A stretch of DNA of 64,000 nt from Candidatus Eiseniibacteriota bacterium. GTDB lineage: Bacteria; Eisenbacteria; RBG-16-71-46. Under the pieces are notes generated by a model. It did not search any database. It was given only the letters and a program-made list of their open reading frames with translations, and was not told where the DNA came from. Both the position numbers and the translations under genes were made by a program. Positions within the stretch are counted from its first letter, which is position 1. Each line of letters starts with the position of its first letter. Positions 46,931 to 59,391 of this stretch are shown in pieces. Where the stretch lies: contig JANMQY010000060.1 of NCBI GenBank assembly GCA_031370785.1, forward strand, positions 1-64,000, written 5' to 3'.

Positions 46931-48670
46931 GTGATTCCCACATCATCTGCTCCCTCTCCGGTCGTGCGCCTCCTTCCGCAGCTGGCAGATTTCGCCGCCC
47001 GCCAATACGGGGATACCCCGTTCGTGCTGCGCTCGACCCGTGCGGGCTGGCGGGGTTTTTCGTTCAACCAGGCAGCTGCCGCGATGTATTCGTTCGCTGC
47101 GGCCCTCGAAGCCGCGGGGGTGAAGGCGGGGGATCGGGTCGGACTGGTCAGCGAGAACCGGCCCGAGATGGGCCTCGCCTATCTCGCCGTGCTCGCGATC
47201 GGCGCGGTGGTCGTGCCGCTCGACCCGCAGCTCAAGGCGCTCGAGGCGGGCGAGATCCTGGCCACGGCCGGAGCGCTCTTCTCGATCGGAAGCGAGAAAC
47301 GGCTGGACCTGCTGCGCGAAGTGCAGACCTCGCGCCTCTCCGCGCTGCGCATGATTTCGCTCGATGAATCGAGTGCGCTCCCCAGCTTTCCGGACGCGCT
47401 GCGCCGGTTTGCGAACGCGCCTCCGCGCGAGATGCGCGGCTCGCCCGGAGACCTGGCGGCACTGCTGTTCACCTCGGGCACGACCGGGCGGGCCAAGGGT
47501 GTGATGCTCTCGCACGCCAACCTGCTCTCGAACGTCGAGGGCGTTGCGAACACGCTCGAATTCGGGCCCGCGGATCGCTTCCTTTCGGTGCTGCCGCTCC
47601 ATCACACGTTCGAATTCACCGGCGGGTTCCTGTGCCCGATGCGGGTCGGCGCGAGCATCGCCTATGCGCGCGGCCTCAATTCGACCGAGCTGCGCGAGGA
47701 CATGCGCTCCTCGGGCGCGACCATCATCCTCGGCGTTCCGCTGCTCTACGAAAAGCTGCTCACCGCGATCCATCGGGGCATCGCCGAGGCGCCGCTCCCG
47801 CGCCGCCTGCTCGCGCGCACGCTGCTCGGCGTGACGCGCCTCGTGCGCCTCGTCACCGGCCAGCGGATCGGGCGCACGCTCATGCGCCCGCTGCGCGAGC
47901 GCGCCGGGATGGATCGGCTCCGCCTGTTCGTCTCGGGCGCCGCGACTCTTCCTCCCGAACTGTTCTGGGGATTCATCGATCTGGGCTGGCCGGTGCTCGA
48001 GGGATACGGGCTCACCGAATGCTCGCCGGTGGTGGCGGCGAATCGTCCCGGGCATCCACGCACGGGTGCGGTCGGCTGGCCGCTGATCGGCGTCGACGTG
48101 CGCATCGATCGACCGGACGCCGAGGGCAACGGCGAGATCGCCGTTCGCGGGCCAAACGTGATGCTCGGCTACTATGGCGATCCGCAGGGCACCGCCGAAG
48201 TGCTGCGCGAGGGCTGGTTCTACACCGGCGACCTGGGCCAGTTCACCGTGGACGGTCGGGTGCGCATCACCGGACGTCTCAAGAACATGATCGCGACCGC
48301 GGCGGGGAAGAAGATCTATCCGGAGGAGATCGAGACGCAGCTCTCCGGCTCTCCCTACATTCTCGAAGTGGTCGTCGCCAGTGGCCGTGATGCGCGCGGT
48401 GAGCGCGAAGAGGTCCATGCCCACGTGCTGCCGAACCTGTCCGCGCTCGAAGCGCTGGCGACTTCGACCAGGGCCCGGTTCGACGATGCGTTTGTCGAGA
48501 GCGTGCTGCGCCGCGAAGTCGAGGCGCGCTGCCAGCCGCTCGCGCCATTCAAGCGGGTGAAGCGAGTGATCGTGCGTCGCCAGGAATTCCCGAGGACCAC
48601 GACCGGAAAGATCCGGCGACAGGACCTGGCCGCGGAGCAATCGGGCACGCACGCATCGGCAGTCGCCTGA
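46931..48670 (+). CDS. Long-chain fatty acid--CoA ligase (AMP-binding)
   Basis: FTSGTTGRAKGVMLSH, EGYGLTE, WFYTGDLG, GKIRR. Confidence 0.92.
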   Translation: MIPTSSAPSPVVRLLPQLADFAARQYGDTPFVLRSTRAGWRGFSFNQAAAAMYSFAAALEAAGVKAGDRVGLVSENRPEMGLAYLAVLAIGAVVVPLDPQLKALEAGEILATAGALFSIGSEKRLDLLREVQTSRLSALRMISLDESSALPSFPDALRRFANAPPREMRGSPGDLAALLFTSGTTGRAKGVMLSHANLLSNVEGVANTLEFGPADRFLSVLPLHHTFEFTGGFLCPMRVGASIAYARGLNSTELREDMRSSGATIILGVPLLYEKLLTAIHRGIAEAPLPRRLLARTLLGVTRLVRLVTGQRIGRTLMRPLRERAGMDRLRLFVSGAATLPPELFWGFIDLGWPVLEGYGLTECSPVVAANRPGHPRTGAVGWPLIGVDVRIDRPDAEGNGEIAVRGPNVMLGYYGDPQGTAEVLREGWFYTGDLGQFTVDGRVRITGRLKNMIATAAGKKIYPEEIETQLSGSPYILEVVVASGRDARGEREEVHAHVLPNLSALEALATSTRARFDDAFVESVLRREVEARCQPLAPFKRVKRVIVRRQEFPRTTTGKIRRQDLAAEQSGTHASAVA

Positions 48671-48674
48671 CGCC

Positions 48675-49157
48675 ATGTCCATCGACCCGATTCCGACCGT
48701 CTCGATCAGCAGGGTGATGGGCCTTCTCGAAGTGCTGGAAGACGCGGGCGGGCGCTACGACGTCTTTCGACTGGCTCGCGACATCAACTACGAGTTCGGC
48801 GAGATCCTGATGGTGATCAAGGCCGCCGAGCTGCTCGATCTGGTGGTGACGCCGGGTGCGGACGTCGTGCTCACCGGCACCGGCAGCGCGCTCCTGCGCG
48901 CGAAGGTGAATGCGCGCAAGAAGCTGCTCAAGGAGCAGATCAAGAAGCTGCCGCTGTTTCGAACCGTTGTCGAAGTGCTGATGCGCAGCGAAGACCGGCG
49001 CACCGACGAGAGCACGTTTCTCGAGATCTTCGCGCTGCACCTGCCGGCCGAGTCGGCCGAGGCTCTGCTGAAGACGGTGATCGACTGGGGTCGATACACC
49101 GAGCTGCTGGGCTACAGCCCCGACGACAAGCAGCTCTATCTCGATCAGCCCGACTGA
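48675..49157 (+). CDS. Stand-alone AAA-associated domain protein (resembles the C-terminal domain of NitT/TauT ABC ATPases)
   Basis: GLLEVL..D.FRLA..KAAELLDLV..GADVVLT..G..IDWGRYTELLGY. Confidence 0.7.
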   Translation: MSIDPIPTVSISRVMGLLEVLEDAGGRYDVFRLARDINYEFGEILMVIKAAELLDLVVTPGADVVLTGTGSALLRAKVNARKKLLKEQIKKLPLFRTVVEVLMRSEDRRTDESTFLEIFALHLPAESAEALLKTVIDWGRYTELLGYSPDDKQLYLDQPD

Positions 49158-49160
49158 AGG

Positions 49161-49544
49161 CTACTTGCCGAGCTTGGTCTCCGGCTGGTAGATCACTTCG
49201 CCGTTGCCATCGATGGTCATGACGTGGCGCTGCACCATCGGCCCCTTCGGAACCATCCCGCCGCTCCAGTGCGATTCGCCGACGCGATCCGACCACTGCC
49301 AAACCAGCTCGAACGACGCGTCGCGGCTCACCTTGAACGGGAATACGACGCGTTCGTTGTCCGCCAGAGTCTCCTTGACGAACGTCTGGCCGTCGATGAT
49401 CACGCGAATGCGCTCGAGGCGATGTCCGGAGTTGTTCACGACCACCGCATCGTGGGAAGCCGTGCGGTTGGTGAGCTCGGGATAGTGCTTCCACCCATAC
49501 CACGCGGCTGCCACGACCAGCACCAGCAAAAACAGTCTCTTCAT
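49161..49544 (-). CDS. Small membrane-anchored hypothetical protein
   Basis: GGAGG RBS; MKRLFLLVLVVAAAWYGW anchor followed by a beta-rich domain. Confidence 0.7.
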   Translation of the reverse strand: MKRLFLLVLVVAAAWYGWKHYPELTNRTASHDAVVVNNSGHRLERIRVIIDGQTFVKETLADNERVVFPFKVSRDASFELVWQWSDRVGESHWSGGMVPKGPMVQRHVMTIDGNGEVIYQPETKLGK

Positions 49545-49680
49545 GAATCCCTCCATGGAGAATGTCCCGGCTTCCTGCCAGGCACGCGCGTCACCCTAAT
49601 CGCGCCCACCGCCGCGCGCAAGGGTTGACGCACCAGCGAGGGCGTCGCGACGACGCCCGAGCGAGCGCATGACCCGCGCG

Positions 49681-50976
49681 TCAATCAGGAGTCGGGCCGC
49701 CCGCGAGCCGGGCAGCGACCTCTTCGCTCGGCGCGGGCGCGTACTCGCCTTCGGGAAGCTTGCGGAACGAGAGATAGAACGTGACCGCCGCGCAGAAGTA
49801 GAGACCGGCGGTGATGTAGAAGGGGACTGCATATCCAAAGCGCTGGATCACCAGGCCCGCCAGCGTCGCGCTCGCGGCCCATCCGATGTTCCACACCAGG
49901 TTGTTCAGGCTGGTCGAGCGCGCCCTGAGCGAAGGAGGCAGAGCCTCCATCACGAACGCCTGCACCAGCGGCGTCGAGGCCTGCATCAGCGAGGCGCGGC
50001 ACCAGAACGAGACCACGGCGATTCCGAGATGGCGCTCGGCTCCGAGCGTGACCAGAAATGGCAGCGACAGGAGCTCACTGGCGGTCGCGGTGCGCAGCTT
50101 GCCGTAGCGTCGCGCGATCGCAGGCCCGAGCAGTGCGGCGACCGCGGTGCAGATCTGGGCGATCGAGAAGAACATCCCGATCTGGGCGCTCGAACACTGA
50201 AAGCGCGTGGCGAAGTATAGATTCATGAACGGAATCACGAGCCCGGCGCCGATCCCGATCAGAAACGCATTCAGTGCGATCGGGTACAGACGCCACGTTT
50301 CCTCTGGCGCAGAGTCCGTGCGCACATGCTCGATCGGGGCCTCGACCACGTGCCGCAGGCGAAGCAGCGGAACCACCGAGGCCAGTGCGATCAGCGCACC
50401 GAAGGTGAGCGTCAGTCGGTAGGCGACGATCACGGTCGGCTGCGTTCCCGTGGGCAGCGCGCGGAAAGCCTCGGGCAGCCAGCCGCCGACGAGGCTGCCC
50501 ACCACGCCGGCGAGCAGCTCGGAGGCGAAGAACGCGCTGAACAGGTGCGTACGCTCGCGGGGCGTCGAGTGCTCGGTCAAGAATGGCGCAGCGGCGATGG
50601 CGAGCAGCGACTGGCCCGCCCCGGCAATGAAGCTCGAGCCGTAGATCACTGCCGGCACCATCACGGTCGCGCGCAGCAGCAGGCTCACACCCTCGAGCAC
50701 TCCGCCGAGGATCAGGCAGCGACGGCGTCCCCAGCGATCGGCCAGCCACCCGGCCGGAAGCGCGGTGACGGCGAGCCCCACGCCGCCGAGCGAGATGGCG
50801 CGGCCGATGAACGCCTCGTTGTAGCCGCCCTCGACCAGGTACAGGTTGAACAGCACCTGAAAGACGCCCTGGCCGGTCCACGCCAGCAGCACGGCGAGCA
50901 GGAACTGTCGCGCCGGCGGAGAAAAGCTGCGCGCGGCGTCACGGTAGTCTCTCCATACCGCTCGTATCGGGCTCAC
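49681..50976 (-). CDS. MFS transporter
   Basis: GWLADRWGRRR motif A, 12-TM pattern. Confidence 0.9.
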   Translation of the reverse strand: MSPIRAVWRDYRDAARSFSPPARQFLLAVLLAWTGQGVFQVLFNLYLVEGGYNEAFIGRAISLGGVGLAVTALPAGWLADRWGRRRCLILGGVLEGVSLLLRATVMVPAVIYGSSFIAGAGQSLLAIAAAPFLTEHSTPRERTHLFSAFFASELLAGVVGSLVGGWLPEAFRALPTGTQPTVIVAYRLTLTFGALIALASVVPLLRLRHVVEAPIEHVRTDSAPEETWRLYPIALNAFLIGIGAGLVIPFMNLYFATRFQCSSAQIGMFFSIAQICTAVAALLGPAIARRYGKLRTATASELLSLPFLVTLGAERHLGIAVVSFWCRASLMQASTPLVQAFVMEALPPSLRARSTSLNNLVWNIGWAASATLAGLVIQRFGYAVPFYITAGLYFCAAVTFYLSFRKLPEGEYAPAPSEEVAARLAGGPTPD

Positions 50977-51041
50977 GGCGCTCTCATGCGAACGGCGGCC
51001 CGTGAAGGCCGCCGTTCAGGCTCACAGGAGGATGCGGGTGA

Positions 51042-51650
51042 TCAGCCGGCGTTGCTGCCCACCGGCAGAGCTTCTGGCTCGAGGCGTGTCTCGCGTACGC
51101 GGATCAGCGGCTCGAACGCGGCGGGCGTGATCGCGATGAGCACTCGCGCCGTGCCCGTGCCCGCGTTTTCGACCGCGTGCGGCGTGCGTCCGTCGTAGTG
51201 GCACGAGTCACCGGCCTCGAGCACCGTCGCGTAGTCGCCACAGCTGATGCTGACGCGGCCCTCGAGACACACCACGCACTCCTCGCCGTGATGGTAGTGG
51301 CGCTTGTCGCCGGCGGAAAGTCCGGGCGGAAGCTCGGCCATGAGCAGCTCGAGATTGCGCTTGGGCTGTGCTGAGAGCACTTCGACCCGCGAGGTATTGC
51401 CGCCGACCTGAACGCGCGGCCGCTCGGCGACGCGCACCACGTGCGGCTGCTGCTCCTCCTCGACCACGAGGTAGGCGACCGAGGTTTCGAGCGCGCGCGC
51501 CAGATCACGGAGCGTGGCCAGGGAGGGTGAGGTGCGGTCGTTCTCGACCTGGCTGATGAATCCCTTGGAGAGGTTGCTGGCCTCGGCAAGCTGCTGAACG
51601 GTGAGGCCACGCCGCAGCCGCACATCGCGGATCTTCTTGCCGAGCTGCAT
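51042..51650 (-). CDS. XRE-family HTH + cupin transcriptional regulator
   Basis: LSKGFISQVENDRTSPSL; HHGEE..GDSCHY..PH. Confidence 0.9.
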   Translation of the reverse strand: MQLGKKIRDVRLRRGLTVQQLAEASNLSKGFISQVENDRTSPSLATLRDLARALETSVAYLVVEEEQQPHVVRVAERPRVQVGGNTSRVEVLSAQPKRNLELLMAELPPGLSAGDKRHYHHGEECVVCLEGRVSISCGDYATVLEAGDSCHYDGRTPHAVENAGTGTARVLIAITPAAFEPLIRVRETRLEPEALPVGSNAG

Positions 51651-51675
51651 CAGCCACCCCACGAGGGTTTAGGTG

Positions 51676-51723
51676 GGCAAATTTTCGTTTACCAAGGCTA
51701 TGTCAGGTTTATTGGTAAGTCAA
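51676..51723 (-). promoter_or_regulatory. Sigma-70 promoter with an adjacent imperfect palindrome (possible operator)
   Basis: Minus strand TTGACT-N17-TAGCCT, followed by GGTAAA-N6-TTTGCC. Confidence 0.55.
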
Positions 51724-53643
51724 CAACTGAGGCGCTGCTGACGCTCAAATCGTCGTCCTGCGCGACCGCCCGGTCGGACCTGGTGGAACGCGCCCCGAGG
51801 AACTGGAGCTGATAGAGACGTGAGTAGATTCCGCCCCGCGCCAGCAGCTCGGCGTGCGTGCCGACCTCGCGAACCCGCCCGCGGTGCAGCACCACGATGC
51901 GGTTGACGTCCTGAATCGTGGACAACCGATGCGCGATCACGAGGCAGGTGCGGCCGCGCATCAGCCGGCGCAGCGCGTCCTGGATCAACTGCTCGGTGTG
52001 GGTGTCGACCGACGAGGTCGCTTCGTCCAGAATGAGCAGGCGCGGGTCGCGGACCAGGGTGCGGGCGAAGGCCAACAGCTGCTTCTGCCCGGCCGAGAGC
52101 GTCGCGCCGCGCTCCCGCACCACCGCGTCGTATCCGCCGGGCAGAGCCATGATGAACTCGTGCGCGTGCACTTCGCGGGCGGCGCGCTCAATCGCCTCGC
52201 GGCTCAGCGAGCGGTCGCCGAGCCGCAGGTTGCTCTCGATCGTGCCGCTGAACAGGAACACGTCCTGCAGCACCAGCCCGATGTGACGGCGCAGGGTGCG
52301 CGCATCCCAGCTCTCGAGCGGATGGCCGTCGACGCGGATCGAGCCTTCCTGCGGCGCGTAGAAGCGCATCAGCAGGCTCGTGAGTGTGGTCTTTCCGGAT
52401 CCGGTCGCGCCGACCAGCGCGACACGCTCGCCCGGCTGGATGACCAGCGAGACGTCTTCGAGCACGCGATTCTCCCCGTCGTAGGAGAAGGAGACGCGGT
52501 CGTACTCGATGTGGCCGGAGAACGCGGAGTCGCCCGCGCCGTCTGCCGCGGGCTCGGACTGTCGGCCGACGTGCCGGCCGACCAATACGGGGCGGGCCTC
52601 CAGCGCAGGCCCATTTCGCATGCCGGAGTGTGCGGCTCCCGGGGCGAGCGCCGGGTCCTCGGGCGCGTCGAGAAGTTGGAAGATGCGCTCGGCCGAGGCC
52701 ATGGCCTGCTGAAGGATGTTGTACTTCTCGCTCAGGTCCGAGATCGGACGGAAGAAGCGCTGGGTATACTGGATGAACGCGACCAGAGTCCCCAGGGTGA
52801 TGCCGGTCCACATCACCTGGCGGCCGCCGTACCAGACGATCAGCGAGACCGCGAGCGCGCCCACCAGTTCGAGCACCGGAAAGAACACCGCGTGGTAGAA
52901 CACGGCCCTCAGGTTGGCGTCGCGGTGCCCGGCATTCACCTCGCGGAACTGTTCGTAGTTGCGAGGCTCGCGGTTGAGCATCTGCACCGTGCTCATGCCG
53001 GTGAGGTTCTCATTGAGGAACGCGTTGAGCCGGGCCAGGCGCGTGCGGATGTCGCGGAACGAGGCGCGCACCCTGGAGCGGAACACGATGGTCACGATCG
53101 CGATCAGCGGCAGGACCGAGAAGGTCACGACCAGGAGCTCGACGTTGAGCTGCGACATCGCGAATATGATCCCGATCAGCGCGAACAGGTCGCCGAACAG
53201 CGCGACCACGCCCGCGGTGACCAGCTCGTTCAGGACATCGACGTCGTTGGTGACGCGCGTCATCAGCCGTCCGATCGGGTTGCGATCGTAGTAGGAGATC
53301 GGCAGGCGCTGCAGCTTGGCGAAGAGCGCGGTGCGCAGGTCGAGCATCACCTGCTGGCCGACGCGCTGCATGAGCTGGTTGTGCAGATAGCCCAGCCCGA
53401 ACCCGATCCCGAGCACGGCCAGAAACAGGAGCGCGACGTTGTCGAGGAACATGAGATCCCGGTGGCGGATCCCGTTGTCGATCGCCTCCTTGGTCAACCA
53501 CGGAAAGACCAGCTGCACCAGCGCATCCGCGATCACGACCAGCCCGGCGAACAGCACGCGCCCGCGATAGGGCGCGAGGTATCCGAGCAGGCGCCGCATC
53601 AGGCGCTGGTCGTAGGCGCGTCCCAACACCTCGTCTTCGTGGC

Positions 53644-53647
<4 letters not shown>
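51698..53647 (-). CDS. ABC exporter, fused permease/ATPase (MdlB-like half of a heterodimer)
   Basis: Six-TM domain, GATGSGKTT, LSAGQKQ, LDEATS; GTG start overlaps the upstream stop. Confidence 0.92.
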
Positions 53648-55392
<1,745 letters not shown>

Positions 55393-55442
55393 AGGAGATG
55401 CCTCCGGACCCGGAAGTCGCGGACGGCCGGATCCCGCGCGCC

Positions 55443-56339
55443 TCAGGGCTTGCGCGTTCCGCCGAGGAAGCCTTGCAGGCGGTTCAGCCGGGTCTGCTTG
55501 ACCGCCACGCCCACGTAGACCTGATCAACGTGCAGCGCGTTCCTTGATTTGGCGGTGTGCAGCGATCCGCCGATCAGGTCGAGGTGGTCGCCCACACGAT
55601 ACACCAGCATGGGCCCGGACAGTTGAGTCGTGATCTGGGCGTTGGTCGTCCCCGGGATGCCGTCGCCGGACAGTGCGATGAACGTGTCCTTGTCGCCGGG
55701 CTTCGCTCCGAAGGAGCCTCGATAGCGACCGGCGACGAGCAGCTTCTGCCCCAGCCAGAAGCCCAGCGTCACCCCTGCGAGGGTCTGGTCGGTCGGCGCA
55801 TGCTTGTCCAGGTAGTAGCGGTAGCCGCCCGACAGCTCGAAGAATCCCCGTCCGCCGAGCGCAGTCCCCAGCTCGAGCGAACCCAAGAAGCTCTGGCGAC
55901 CTTCGCCCAGGTGCGGGTTCAGCGCGCGGTCGTAGCCCATCGGCGCGAGCCACTGCACTTCGAGCGCGGCGTTCGGGACCAGACGCCTGCGCACCCCGAA
56001 GCGCAGGTCGCCGAATCCGGTCTCGGTCGCGTTGAACCCCCCGGCCGCGCCCGTCCGCCGGCTGACGCTCAGCGCCGGGATCTCGAGAAACGCCGACATG
56101 TTCTTCTTCCAGCCGAACTCGTTGTAAGAGACGATTCCGCGCTCTTCGTGCAATCCGCCTGAGTTGAGCGGGCTGCGGACTCCGGTCAGATCGTAGTAGC
56201 TGTCGGCGGAGAAGACGCTCGCGCGCAGCTCGTAGTGGCGGTCGCCGGGCTCCGGAAGCCAGGGATCGGCGAGCGCCGGGCCCGAAGCGAGGAGCACGGC
56301 GGTGAAGAGCAGCGAAGATGCGGCAGAGCGCGCGATCAT
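55443..56339 (-). CDS. Secreted hypothetical protein, probable outer-membrane beta-barrel
   Basis: Signal peptide ALA-D; alternating beta-strand pattern, GFGDLRFG, GGYRY. Confidence 0.65.
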   Translation of the reverse strand: MIARSAASSLLFTAVLLASGPALADPWLPEPGDRHYELRASVFSADSYYDLTGVRSPLNSGGLHEERGIVSYNEFGWKKNMSAFLEIPALSVSRRTGAAGGFNATETGFGDLRFGVRRRLVPNAALEVQWLAPMGYDRALNPHLGEGRQSFLGSLELGTALGGRGFFELSGGYRYYLDKHAPTDQTLAGVTLGFWLGQKLLVAGRYRGSFGAKPGDKDTFIALSGDGIPGTTNAQITTQLSGPMLVYRVGDHLDLIGGSLHTAKSRNALHVDQVYVGVAVKQTRLNRLQGFLGGTRKP

Positions 56340-56461
56340 GTGGGGAAGCGGACCTCCGGTGGGGTGTGCGGTCAGCGAGTCCGCGGAGACTATCCGCGTG
56401 TCGCGATGCGTGCAAGCGTTTCGTTCGCGCCGCGCGTGGCGCTGTGGCACCATGCGCCGTC

Positions 56462-57472
56462 GTGGAAACCCTGTGCGTGCTTGTGTTCATCCGCGATCCC
56501 GAAGGTGTGTGGACGCTCCCGCATTCGGCGCTCGCCGCGCTCGAGCGCGAATTCCCGGCGGTCCGATTCATCGCGCCCGCGGATCGCGCGGAAGCCGATG
56601 CGCGCCTTCCCGAAGCCGACGTCGTGCTCGGCTGGGCGGTGACGCCGCGCAATTTCGCCACCGCGAAGCGCCTGCGCTGGATCCACGTCACCGCCGCGGG
56701 CGTCGGCGCCCAGCTCTTCCCGGAGCTCGCGGCCTCCGACGTCGCGCTCACCAACGGCCGCGGCCTGCACTCCGCCTCGATGGCCGAGCACACGCTCGGC
56801 GTGATGCTCGCGTTCGCGCGCAAGCTTCATCTCGCGCGCGATGCGCAGGGCGAGCGGCGCTGGACGCAGCGCGAGCTCTGGACCGGGCAGCCACCGTTCG
56901 CTGCGCTCGCGGGCGCGACGCTCGGGCTGGTCGGCCTGGGCCGGGTGGGCGAAGCAGTCGCCGCCGGTGCCCGCGCGCTGGGCATGCGAGTGCTCGCGGT
57001 GCGCCGCCGTCCGGCGCGCGGGAACACGCCCGCCGCCGCGGCTTCTTCGGCGCACGAGCAGTGGGGGCTCGAGCGCCTGGCGGATCTGCTCGAGGCCTCG
57101 GACTGGGTCGTGCTCGCCGCGCCGCTCACCGCCGACACCCGGCACCTGATCGGGGCGGCACAGCTCGCGCAGATGAAGCGCGAGGCGGTGCTCATCAATC
57201 TCGGGCGCGGCGCGCTCATCGACGAGCGTGCGCTGATCGCGGCGCTGGCCGAGGGTCGCATCGCCGGCGCGGGCCTCGACGTCTTCGAAGAGGAGCCACT
57301 GCCCCAGGGCAGTCCGCTGTGGAGCATGCCGCAGGTCATCGTCACGCCGCACATCTCGGGACTGGGCCCTCGCTACTGGGAGCGCGCGATGGAACAGTTC
57401 TCTGCGCACCTGCGAGCGTTTCTCGAGAAGCGCGCGCTCGAAAACCTGGTGGACAAGAGGGCGGGGTACTGA
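56462..57472 (+). CDS. D-2-hydroxyacid dehydrogenase family protein
   Basis: GLVGLGRVG, INLGRG, LDVFEEEPL, TPHISG; start uncertain. Confidence 0.9.
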   Translation: METLCVLVFIRDPEGVWTLPHSALAALEREFPAVRFIAPADRAEADARLPEADVVLGWAVTPRNFATAKRLRWIHVTAAGVGAQLFPELAASDVALTNGRGLHSASMAEHTLGVMLAFARKLHLARDAQGERRWTQRELWTGQPPFAALAGATLGLVGLGRVGEAVAAGARALGMRVLAVRRRPARGNTPAAAASSAHEQWGLERLADLLEASDWVVLAAPLTADTRHLIGAAQLAQMKREAVLINLGRGALIDERALIAALAEGRIAGAGLDVFEEEPLPQGSPLWSMPQVIVTPHISGLGPRYWERAMEQFSAHLRAFLEKRALENLVDKRAGY

Positions 57473-58083
57473 TGCGCGTCCCTCTGGGCGTGATCGTCGC
57501 CGGCGGCCGTGGCGTGCGACTTGGCTCGGGCCCCAAGGCTCTTGTCGTTCTCGAGGGACGCACCCTCCTCGATCGAGCGATCGAGACGCTGTCCCGATGT
57601 TGCGAGGAGTGGGTCGTTGCGACGGCGCCCGACATCGAGCTGCCAGTGGACGGCGCGCGGCTCGTCCACGACGCGCCCGGAAGCGGGGGCCCGCTCGCCG
57701 GCGTCGCGGCCGCGCTCTCAGCGCGCGAGCCGACCGACACTCTGGTGCTGGGCGTGGACTTCCCGCTCGCCCGGCCGCAGGCCCTTGCCGCGCTGGCGGC
57801 ACGGCGCGGGAATTCTCCGGCGGTGCTGCCGGCTCCCGGGGGTTCGCCGCAACCGCTCGCGGCGGTCTACGGCACCGCGGCGTGCGCGGCGCTGAGGTGC
57901 GCGCTTGCGGAGGGCGAGACGTCGATCCGGCGCGCGGCGCTCGCGCTGGGGCCCCTGATCCTCGATGACGTCGCGCTCGCCGCACTCGAAGGCGGCTCCG
58001 AGAATTTCTTCAACGTGAACACTTCCGAAGATCTCGCCGAGGCGGCGCGCATGCTCGCGGCCCGAGCCGGAGCCCCGCGATGA
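57472..58083 (+). CDS. mobA: Molybdenum cofactor guanylyltransferase-like NTP transferase
   Basis: VAGGRGVRLG..KAL, GPLAG, VDFP, QPLAAVY, FFNVNT. Confidence 0.8.
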   Translation: MRVPLGVIVAGGRGVRLGSGPKALVVLEGRTLLDRAIETLSRCCEEWVVATAPDIELPVDGARLVHDAPGSGGPLAGVAAALSAREPTDTLVLGVDFPLARPQALAALAARRGNSPAVLPAPGGSPQPLAAVYGTAACAALRCALAEGETSIRRAALALGPLILDDVALAALEGGSENFFNVNTSEDLAEAARMLAARAGAPR

Positions 58084-59381
58084 GTCCCGGCGATCGAATC
58101 CGCCCGGCGAGCGATCCCAGGCTCGCGAATTCCGAGCGCTCGGGCGGCGTCCCGCTCACCAGCGTGCTGCCCGCGCTGCGCTCGCTCGAGCCGCAGGCGC
58201 GGGCGTGCTGGGTCTACGACATCGATGCGTTCGTCGCGCGCGCGCGGCGCTTCCGCGCGGCGTTCGCGCCACTCGCTCCGCTGATCGCCTACGCGATCAA
58301 GGCGAACGGTCTGCCGGCGCTGCTCGAAGAAGCGCTTCGCGCGGGGCTCGGCGCCGACGCCGGCTCGCTCGGCGAGCTCGAGCTTGCCGCTCGGGCGGGG
58401 TTCGCGCCCGCCGGGCGCGCGCTCAACGGCAATGGGCGGACGGCCGAGGAAGCGGCATGGGTCGCGCGTCACGGGGTGGCGCTGGTCAACGCCGATCACG
58501 TGCCCGAGCTCGACCTGCTGGAGCGCGAAAGCGCGGCGGCGGGGGTGCGGCTGCGCGTGGCGCTCAGGGTCAATCCCGGGATCGCGACGCCGGGACATCG
58601 CTACGTCTCGACCGGCGGCGACGAGGCGAAGTTCGGGATCGGCCCGGGCGAGGCGCTCGAAGCGTGGGCGGCGCGCGCACGCTGGCCCCATCTCACGCTC
58701 GACGGCGTGCAGGTGCACGTCGGCTCACAGCTGATGGAAGCGGGGCCGCTCGAGCGCGCGCTCGATACCGTGCTCGAGCTGATGAAGGAGAGCGCGCAGC
58801 GCGGCGCGCCACTTCGGCTCGTCAACCTGGGCGGCGGCTTCGGGGTGAACTATTCGGGCACCGGCGGCGAGTTCCCGCTCGAGGAGCACGCACGATCCGT
58901 CGTCGAGCGCGCCACGCCCCTCGCGCTCGAATGGGTGCTGGAGCCAGGGCGATGGCTGGTCGCTCCGATCGGGACACTGCTCGCCGAGGTGCTGTGGGAG
59001 AAGCGACGCGACGGCCGGCGCTTCGTGGTGCTCGCGGCAGGAATGAACGATCTGATCCGGCCGGCGCTCTACGGGGCCGAGCATCGGATCGAAGCGCTCG
59101 TGCCGCGCGGGGGCGCGCTCACGCCCGCCACCGTCGTCGGGCCGGTCTGCGAGAGCGCGGATGTGTTCGCGAGGGAGGTGGCACTGCCGCCGCTCGAGCC
59201 CGGAGACGTGGTCGCGATCCGCGACGTGGGAGCGTATGGCGCGAGCATGTCCTCGAACTACAACGGTCGGGGCCGACTCGCGGAGCTGGTCGCGGCCGGC
59301 GGCGCGCTCACGCGCGCCCGTGCAGGCGAAACGCCGGCAGACCTTTCGGCCCGCCGGCGTTCGGACGATCTCTCGTGGTGA
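58080..59381 (+). CDS. lysA: Diaminopimelate decarboxylase
   Basis: YAIKAN, KFG, HVGSQ, LGGGFG, EPGR, GPVCESAD, GAYGASMSSNYN. Confidence 0.9.
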   Translation: MSPGDRIRPASDPRLANSERSGGVPLTSVLPALRSLEPQARACWVYDIDAFVARARRFRAAFAPLAPLIAYAIKANGLPALLEEALRAGLGADAGSLGELELAARAGFAPAGRALNGNGRTAEEAAWVARHGVALVNADHVPELDLLERESAAAGVRLRVALRVNPGIATPGHRYVSTGGDEAKFGIGPGEALEAWAARARWPHLTLDGVQVHVGSQLMEAGPLERALDTVLELMKESAQRGAPLRLVNLGGGFGVNYSGTGGEFPLEEHARSVVERATPLALEWVLEPGRWLVAPIGTLLAEVLWEKRRDGRRFVVLAAGMNDLIRPALYGAEHRIEALVPRGGALTPATVVGPVCESADVFAREVALPPLEPGDVVAIRDVGAYGASMSSNYNGRGRLAELVAAGGALTRARAGETPADLSARRRSDDLSW

Positions 59382-59391
59382 TCGAGTTCTT

